In this document: positions 57,644 to 64,000 of the stretch, piece after piece | Layout of the letters: each line of letters starts with the position of its first letter | Position numbering within the stretch: the stretch's first letter is position 1 | Assembly (NCBI GenBank): GCA_963666425.2 | Contig: OY762825.2 | Coordinates: 1,760,001-1,824,000, forward strand | From: Bacillota bacterium | Lineage (GTDB): Bacteria > Bacillota > JAAYKD01 | Direction: 5' to 3' | Length of the DNA stretch: 64,000 nucleotides | Position numbers and translations under genes: made by a program | Notes under the pieces: model-generated | What the model was told of the DNA's origin: nothing | The model's input: the letters and a program-made list of their open reading frames with translations, nothing else | The model's database searches: none

Positions 57644-59932
57644 TTATTTGGCAATCAGAAAAACAACCTGCCCGCCGTCTTCCAGGGGACGATCAAGATA
57701 AGCCACAAAGGAAGTATTATTTGCTCTGGCTGCCGTCATGGAAATAAATTGCTTGAGATCGGCGGCGTAAATTTGCATTGTCTCGCTGAATTTCAAGTAA
57801 GCAGAACCCATGTGGAGTCCTTTGCTGCCATCGAAGTTTTTGTTGCTGACGGTAGCATATTTTTCCAATGCCGTCATTTGGAAGCTTTTAAAGCTGCTGT
57901 AGCTATCCATTCCGGTTGGGACTTTCATGGGATCGAGGGTGCTTCGATCGGTAAATCGTGGTACTGTATAGGTCAAATCTCCATTCATTTGCTGCAGCCA
58001 AACGCGATACCCGGTATTTGCCTCATAAACATTACCGGAATCATCGTAGAGTGTTTCAATGATTGCACTGTATTTCAGCATTCCGTACTGCCAGCCTTTG
58101 CCCGTTACGTCAGCCAGGATGATCGTACTGACGGCTCCGACGGAATTGCTGATGGTATGGCGAATCTGGGCATTTTCAACCATGTTCGAGGGGATATCAG
58201 AAAGATTCACTAAAATCAAAGGTGCATCTGCACTGACCTGTTCGTAAATTTTTACATTGGCAGCGACTTTGCTGGCGCCAATGGTTTTCTCGCTGAGATT
58301 CCAATCACCAATGGTTTTATTACTGTAATTTACCGGTTGGATGCTGAGATACTCGTTATTTGCTTGCTGAGTCACAGTGACCAGCTGACCATGGGAAAGC
58401 AGCAATTCATTGACGTAACCGCGGCTGATGGTGTAAGCGCTGCCGAAACTGCTGAGGTTCGCAATGCCGCTGACGGAAATCCCATTTTGCAATTCTACTA
58501 CTGCGTTGCCGGCAGGTGAAATACTTTTCAAAATACCGGTCATCTGGCAATTTACTTCATTGACCGGGAAAGCGCCTGCCACCTTGTTGTTGACGTCAAA
58601 AAGTAAAACGATTTGCTGATGTAAACGCAGAACAGCGAAGGTCTCGGCTGCGGCTTCGTTGATCAGGAAGTCATGACCGAAGACAGTAATCGTTTCCGGA
58701 TAATTGTAGATGGGTGAACCGGATTGATAGTAACCTTTGAAACGGGCATCACTGACATAATAGATACCGGTTTGTCCATCGAAAGAGACAACATCGTAGG
58801 GATAGACGCCCAAAGACGAAATCTCTACTCCATTTTTGATCACTTTGGCATTCAGTGGTATGCGTTCGTCGCTGTTGATCCCATAAATGAAACTGTAAGC
58901 AATGGCTTTGCTTGTGGTTGCACTGATCAAGTCGATGCTGCCATAATCATCGTAATAGAGGCGGACCGTTTGTTCCGGCAATAAATTATACCAACCGGCG
59001 GAATAAGTGGTCAGTTGACCATCCACGAAAACAGCGGTGGCACGCGGGATTTTATAAGTGGCATTGCTGAGGACCAGCCGGTCGGCGTAGGCATTCAACA
59101 CGGTCGCTTCGCTGAAATTGCGTTGGCTCGGCAGGAACCCGATGACATTGGCGGAGCTGTCACGATCAAAAATCAAACGTCCTTTACTGCCTAAGAAGCT
59201 GAGCGGGAGATCGGACTGCATAAAGTATTCTACAACGGAGCCGTTGACGGAAAATTCGGCTCGTCCTTTACTCAATTCAGAAGAAGTTTGCCAAGTGCGC
59301 AGCAATAAGGCGTTTTCTGTGATGTTGCTGTAAATGCTGTATAAAAAATCAGTTCCGGCTTTGGTTTTCGTATTCAGCAGATTCCAGGCAAGCAAGGCCG
59401 CTTTGCTGCGGGAAAGCGAGTCATTGGCTGCCAGTGTAATTCCTGCTGTTAAGGCAATTTGCTCCGCTTTGTCCAGATAATTCTCCGGCCAAAAGGGGCC
59501 GATCTCACTGACGCCATAACCAAGCACATTGAGCAGAATGGTAACAGCCTGGCTATAGGTAATTTCGGCGTTCGGTCGGAAGCTGCCATCGGGGAAACCG
59601 CGGATAATATTATATTTGCGTACCGCAGCATTGATATAAGGCGCTTCCGCTAATGTGCTTTTTACATCCGGAAAAATCGTAAACGTGTTGTAAACGAGCA
59701 TGTCGTTAAAACCCAGCATTTTTACCACCATCCGGGTGAATTCCGCTCGCCGCATGATTTGATTCTCCGAGAAGGTATCCTCGTTTTCTTCTGTCATAAA
59801 ACCCAAGGAGACCATCGCTTCTGCAGCTGCGTTTTCTTTGGCATCGCTGATATCATGATAGGCCAAAACACTGCCACTGCATAAGACCAGAACCGTGAGG
59901 GTCAGGATGAGAAACCAATGGTATTGTTTCAT
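57644..59932 (-). CDS. SLH-domain protein (762 aa), last gene of the ABC exporter operon
   Basis: AAGGAGGT RBS, signal peptide, N-terminal SLH motifs (MRRAEF, GFPDGSFRPNAEITYSQA, LSRSKAA), beta-rich remainder. Confidence 0.85.
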   Translation of the reverse strand: MKQYHWFLILTLTVLVLCSGSVLAYHDISDAKENAAAEAMVSLGFMTEENEDTFSENQIMRRAEFTRMVVKMLGFNDMLVYNTFTIFPDVKSTLAEAPYINAAVRKYNIIRGFPDGSFRPNAEITYSQAVTILLNVLGYGVSEIGPFWPENYLDKAEQIALTAGITLAANDSLSRSKAALLAWNLLNTKTKAGTDFLYSIYSNITENALLLRTWQTSSELSKGRAEFSVNGSVVEYFMQSDLPLSFLGSKGRLIFDRDSSANVIGFLPSQRNFSEATVLNAYADRLVLSNATYKIPRATAVFVDGQLTTYSAGWYNLLPEQTVRLYYDDYGSIDLISATTSKAIAYSFIYGINSDERIPLNAKVIKNGVEISSLGVYPYDVVSFDGQTGIYYVSDARFKGYYQSGSPIYNYPETITVFGHDFLINEAAAETFAVLRLHQQIVLLFDVNNKVAGAFPVNEVNCQMTGILKSISPAGNAVVELQNGISVSGIANLSSFGSAYTISRGYVNELLLSHGQLVTVTQQANNEYLSIQPVNYSNKTIGDWNLSEKTIGASKVAANVKIYEQVSADAPLILVNLSDIPSNMVENAQIRHTISNSVGAVSTIILADVTGKGWQYGMLKYSAIIETLYDDSGNVYEANTGYRVWLQQMNGDLTYTVPRFTDRSTLDPMKVPTGMDSYSSFKSFQMTALEKYATVSNKNFDGSKGLHMGSAYLKFSETMQIYAADLKQFISMTAARANNTSFVAYLDRPLEDGGQVVFLIAK

Positions 59933-59948
59933 TGTTCAAATTACCTCC

Positions 59949-61124
59949 TTATTGACTGCGCAGAGCCTCGATGGGATGCATTTTGGAAGCCTTATTGGCC
60001 GGATAAAAACCGAAGAAGACGCCCAGAACGGCGGAGAAGAGGAAAGCGCCCAACATAATCAATGGGGAAGGAATGAGAATCACCTTAAGCAGGGCGGCTC
60101 CGGCTACGATGGAACCCAAGGTACCAACACCGATCCCCAGCAAACCACCAAACGCGCTGACCGTAGCTGCTTCAATCAGAAACTGAGCAATAATATCTTT
60201 GCGTCTGGCACCGATGGCAGTGCGGATCCCGATTTCACGGGTTCGTTCGGTGACGGAGACCAGCATAATGTTCATGATGCCAATACCGCCGACCATTAAG
60301 GAAATACCGGCGATCCCGCCGACTACCATACTCATCATCTTGGTACTTTCGCTCATCTGATCGCGCCATTCATTCTGAGAATAAACATTATAGAACCATT
60401 CCTGACTGAATTTGGATTGTAAGAACGTTTTAATCAAGGCAATGGCCGTTTCGGTTGAATCAGAGTCTTTGGCTTTGGCAATATAACCATTGATGGCTGA
60501 ACTGGAACTGAAGGTTCGCATTAAGGTGTAGGGCATGACCATCAGATCATCCATAGACCAGCGGGCGCCATCACTTTTGGCTTCATAAATGCCGATGACA
60601 ATCACGTCTTCGCCCATGATCTTGATCGATTTGCCGACTGCGTCTTCCAAACCAAACAGTTCTTTGCGGATGCGTTCGCCAATGATCGCAACCTTGACGC
60701 GGTTTTTGATATCGGCGTAAGAAAGATCACGGCCGGCGACAATTTTATAGCCCATACAATCACTGTACTGATCATTACCAAAATAGACTGTCGTATCATC
60801 CAGAGACTTGGATCGAAATTTCACACGGTTGACCATTGTCTGACTGCTGGGGGTGACGGCTTCGATGTAATCCGATAAACCCAAACAATATTCAAATAAA
60901 TCAGCGGAAATATTCGCGTTTTCATCCCATACATTGATAGAAATCGTATCCTGGGCCATAGAATAGAATTGCTCCATTTGCTTTTGCGTGTAGCCACTGA
61001 TCAAGGTTACCAAAATGATCACCGAGCTGACACCAATAATGATGCCAAGCATCGTCAAGAAAGAACGCATTTTATTGGAGAAGATTGATTTCATAGCCAT
61101 GGTGAAGGTTCGCAGCATGCTCAA
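59949..61124 (-). CDS. MacB/FtsX-family ABC permease
   Basis: RSFLTMLGIIIGV, VGGIGIMNIMLVSVTERTREIGIR, PIEALR. Confidence 0.93.
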   Translation of the reverse strand: MSMLRTFTMAMKSIFSNKMRSFLTMLGIIIGVSSVIILVTLISGYTQKQMEQFYSMAQDTISINVWDENANISADLFEYCLGLSDYIEAVTPSSQTMVNRVKFRSKSLDDTTVYFGNDQYSDCMGYKIVAGRDLSYADIKNRVKVAIIGERIRKELFGLEDAVGKSIKIMGEDVIVIGIYEAKSDGARWSMDDLMVMPYTLMRTFSSSSAINGYIAKAKDSDSTETAIALIKTFLQSKFSQEWFYNVYSQNEWRDQMSESTKMMSMVVGGIAGISLMVGGIGIMNIMLVSVTERTREIGIRTAIGARRKDIIAQFLIEAATVSAFGGLLGIGVGTLGSIVAGAALLKVILIPSPLIMLGAFLFSAVLGVFFGFYPANKASKMHPIEALRSQ

Positions 61125-61843
61125 GAGAAGACCCCCTCTCCGGTCAGGCGTTCGCTGCCAAGCAGGCGATCGCGAATCAATTTCCCATCCTGCAGGGTGA
61201 TCAGGCGTTTGGCCATTTTGGCTAAATTCTGATCATGTGTGATGAGTAAAACCGTGTTGCCGAGCTCGTTTAGCTCGATCAATTTATGCATAATTTCAGC
61301 ACCGGAATGGGAATCCAGGTTGCCGGTTGGTTCATCTGCCATGATAATCGGTGGTTGCGTCACGATGGCACGTGCAATCGCAACGCGCTGCTGCTGTCCG
61401 CCGGACATTTCACTGGGATGATGATACATACGCTCCAGTAATCCCACTTCATCCAAGGCTTCGGCCACCATCTCGCGGCGTTCATTCCTCTTGATACCCT
61501 GATAGATCAAAGGCAGTTCGACATTTTCAAAAGCAGTCAGGGTATGGATCAGATTAAAACCCTGAAAAATAAAACCGATTTCTCTGCTGCGAATCCGGCT
61601 GAGGGTGGAAGGTTTCATTTCATTGACGGCAGTACCTTCCAGTAAATACTCCCCGTAAGTAGGAATATCAAGACAGCCGAGGATATTCATTAAGGTGGAT
61701 TTACCGGAACCGGATTGGCCTAAGACGGCGAGAAATTCACCCTTTTCAACGGTCAGAGAAACATCGTCCAGCGCCCGCACTTCAGCCTCGGAATCTTCAT
61801 TGTAGATTTTACTGATGTGACGAGCATCAATCAGGTAAGACAT
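61121..61843 (-). CDS. ABC transporter ATP-binding protein (MacB/LolD type)
   Basis: [26 protein letters not shown]. Confidence 0.95.
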   Translation of the reverse strand: MSYLIDARHISKIYNEDSEAEVRALDDVSLTVEKGEFLAVLGQSGSGKSTLMNILGCLDIPTYGEYLLEGTAVNEMKPSTLSRIRSREIGFIFQGFNLIHTLTAFENVELPLIYQGIKRNERREMVAEALDEVGLLERMYHHPSEMSGGQQQRVAIARAIVTQPPIIMADEPTGNLDSHSGAEIMHKLIELNELGNTVLLITHDQNLAKMAKRLITLQDGKLIRDRLLGSERLTGEGVFS

Positions 61844-61859
61844 GTCATCCCCCCGTTTT

Positions 61860-63557
61860 TTATTTGATGATTACACCATTCATACCAGGCGTTAGGCTCT
61901 GTTCCAGATAAACTTCCGTACCCTCGCTAATACCTTCCAGGATTTCAGTATTGTTGGCATCGGAAAGTCCGATGCTGACCGGCACGGCCACAAATCCTTT
62001 CGGCAAGCTGTCGGAAGGAATTTCTAAAACGGTATACTGCGCTGCGGTTTCAGCCCTTACGAAGACAGCGGGGCCGAATTCTGTATTGATGATGGCAGAA
62101 CTAGCCACCATCAGACAATCTTGATGCGTTACCGCGCTAATCGTATAGGATACTCCCATACCCGGCATCAATCCACCGGGATTGTGAAGGGTGATGGTTG
62201 CCGGAAAATAAGCCGCGCTGCCTTTGCCTCCGGAGGAAGAGGCGACATAACTCAGCGTAGAAATCTTACCCTCCAGATAAACCGGGCCCTCCGTTTGATC
62301 GAATGAAACACTCACCGGCATACCAACGCTGACCTTGGAGATGTCGACTTCGTCGATATTTGTTTCGATCGTCATTTGCGACAGATCGGCAATCGTCATG
62401 ACTGCGGTGCCGGATCCGGTGAGTTTATCACCGGCTTCGACGACAAGCCCAGTGATCATGCCATTAATCGGACTGAGCTGTACGGTTTGCTGCACCTGTT
62501 CATAATATTCACTGACCAGTTTATTTTGCTCCGTAAGCGTACGGTTTTCTTCTTCTAATTCTTTCACCAAACTATTGCTGCTGCAGGAGAGCAGTAAAGT
62601 ATCGGCGGCATAATCGTAATACTGATTGATCGCGCTGGTCAGACATTCACCGCTGGTTTTCGCGGCAAGAGTTGCTTCCTGTAAGTATTTCAGGCTGCCG
62701 GTATCGTAAGGCAACAGCCGTTCTCCGCTGTCAGCGATGAGGTAGGCGGTTGCCGCCATATTTTCACTTAAGGTTCCCGGATTATTCATTTCTATATTGA
62801 CACGGAAACAAACAGTGCCATCGGCATTGACTTTGCGAATTTTCTCCACCGATTCGACCCAGCCGGGCAAAGAAGTCATGCTGCCAGGGACCGATACGGT
62901 GACAGGCATTTCCGCTCTGATCTCATTGAGATAGCCATAACTAAAGTATAAAGCCAGTTTCATGACGGAATCATCGACCAAGCGGCCAAGTGCGGTGCCC
63001 GCTGCTACGTATTCACCGGGTTTCAGGGTAGTTGCTTCTACCAAGTGACCATTGAAGGGAGCGTATGTATTGAGATTTTCTAGATCCTGGTTGAGTAAAC
63101 GGACCCGCTCAAGGATTTGGTTTTGCGTTTTCACGGCAGCGGTTAATTTTGTGCGGGCATCTTCGGGATCTACCGCAAAAAGCATATCTCCTTTTTGAAC
63201 CACGCCGCCGGCTTGGACATACAGTTCGGTAACCGTACCAATAACTTTGCCGCCGATATCCGCTTTTTCTTTCGGGGCAGCCGTTCCCCAACCGGTAATA
63301 TTGGCACCCAGCGTGCCGCGCATGACAAAGCCGGTGCTGATCTCTTTTTCGCCGGAAGCCTCTTTCAATAGGTGATTGACCAGGTACCAACCGCCAAAAA
63401 TGAATGCAGTCAAGAGGACGATGGCGATGGCGGCTTTTACCCGGTTGGATAAGCCTTTTTTGTGCTGTTTTTCATAAGCTGCATACTTGTTGCGAGTAAT
63501 CTGCGCTTTGTCGGGGGCTGTTTCTGTTGTTTCGGGAATCGCTGGTTCTTGGGACAA
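61860..63557 (-). CDS. HlyD/MacA-family membrane fusion protein, extended (565 aa)
   Basis: AAGGAGGAG RBS with TTG start, single TM, G.V..L.V..G..V.KGD, SPING, IDEVDISKV..G, GLSDANNTEILEG. Confidence 0.85.
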   Translation of the reverse strand: MSQEPAIPETTETAPDKAQITRNKYAAYEKQHKKGLSNRVKAAIAIVLLTAFIFGGWYLVNHLLKEASGEKEISTGFVMRGTLGANITGWGTAAPKEKADIGGKVIGTVTELYVQAGGVVQKGDMLFAVDPEDARTKLTAAVKTQNQILERVRLLNQDLENLNTYAPFNGHLVEATTLKPGEYVAAGTALGRLVDDSVMKLALYFSYGYLNEIRAEMPVTVSVPGSMTSLPGWVESVEKIRKVNADGTVCFRVNIEMNNPGTLSENMAATAYLIADSGERLLPYDTGSLKYLQEATLAAKTSGECLTSAINQYYDYAADTLLLSCSSNSLVKELEEENRTLTEQNKLVSEYYEQVQQTVQLSPINGMITGLVVEAGDKLTGSGTAVMTIADLSQMTIETNIDEVDISKVSVGMPVSVSFDQTEGPVYLEGKISTLSYVASSSGGKGSAAYFPATITLHNPGGLMPGMGVSYTISAVTHQDCLMVASSAIINTEFGPAVFVRAETAAQYTVLEIPSDSLPKGFVAVPVSIGLSDANNTEILEGISEGTEVYLEQSLTPGMNGVIIK

Positions 63558-63975
63558 AAAAATCTCCTCCTTGCCTTATGCTGTACTAAAAATGGACGCA
63601 TCATGAATAGAAAATGTTTCATGAATGGAGAAATAATTACAAATTTACTAAAAAATAATTAACATACCGAAGTATACAATGAGCGATATCTGAAGTCAAT
63701 CAGTAATAGCCAAATATTACCATTACAAAAATGTCATAATCAGGTTAAACAGAAACGGTAAATCAGCAGCGGCTCCCTCTTTTCCTGTCTGGTCGGTGAT
63801 GAAGAAATTCGTTCAGTTTAGGACACGAAAGGAAAAAAGAAGCATAGCCCAGAATGAAGCATGGCGGGAACGGCTGCGATCATTGTTCTCTATTACCCTA
63901 AGCATAGCAAAACAGGAAAAGCGTTTACGCTTTCTCCATGCTAAACTAATATCACCTGGCGAAGGAGGTGGTACG

Positions 63976-64000
63976 ATGGAATATGAAGTAATGTTGCAAG
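63976..64000 (+). CDS. Start of an unidentified gene truncated by the window edge (MEYEVMLQ..)
   Basis: Strong AAGGAGGTG RBS followed by ATG, open to the window end. Confidence 0.5.

Noticed and set aside
57638-58213. 191-aa plus-strand ORF and similar antisense ORFs (e.g. 39936-40502, 51966-52514)
   Set aside because: They lie antisense to well-supported genes, with no RBS or recognisable motifs
63760-63950. Structured RNA or ribozyme in the last intergenic region (repeated AGCATAGC, GATGA..GAAA)
   Set aside because: No convincing stems or hammerhead core; only a small hairpin near a probable promoter

Overview
Chromosomal window from an anaerobic, clostridia-like member of Bacillota. The assignment is inferred from SLH proteins, agrBD, sigmaA-type promoters and GGAGG RBSs. 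I found no rRNA, tRNA, CRISPR array or recognisable transposase. The window is rich in envelope genes: five SLH proteins, one of them carrying a 537-bp x6 tandem array, and an operon of a small subtilase plus two giant secreted Ig-rich proteins. It also holds two M20 amidohydrolases, a CDC48-like AAA ATPase with an unusual N-terminal domain, a GNAT/AlkZ/uridine-kinase cluster, a CoA-disulfide reductase fusion, Crp/Fnr and thioredoxin genes that share an operator, Trk/Ktr and Znu/Zur systems, two two-component systems (one with a frameshifted regulator) and a MacAB-like exporter with an SLH partner. The best candidate for an under-described system is at 20.7-24.3 kb: DUF5317-like gene, small membrane protein, agrB, agrD (predicted ring CWWFA) and a membrane GGDEF/HD-GYP enzyme, with no agrC/agrA. 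This suggests thiolactone quorum sensing wired to c-di-GMP. The second candidate is the subtilase plus giant surface-protein operon at 34.7-48.1 kb. All family assignments come from motif recognition by eye; no database search was run.
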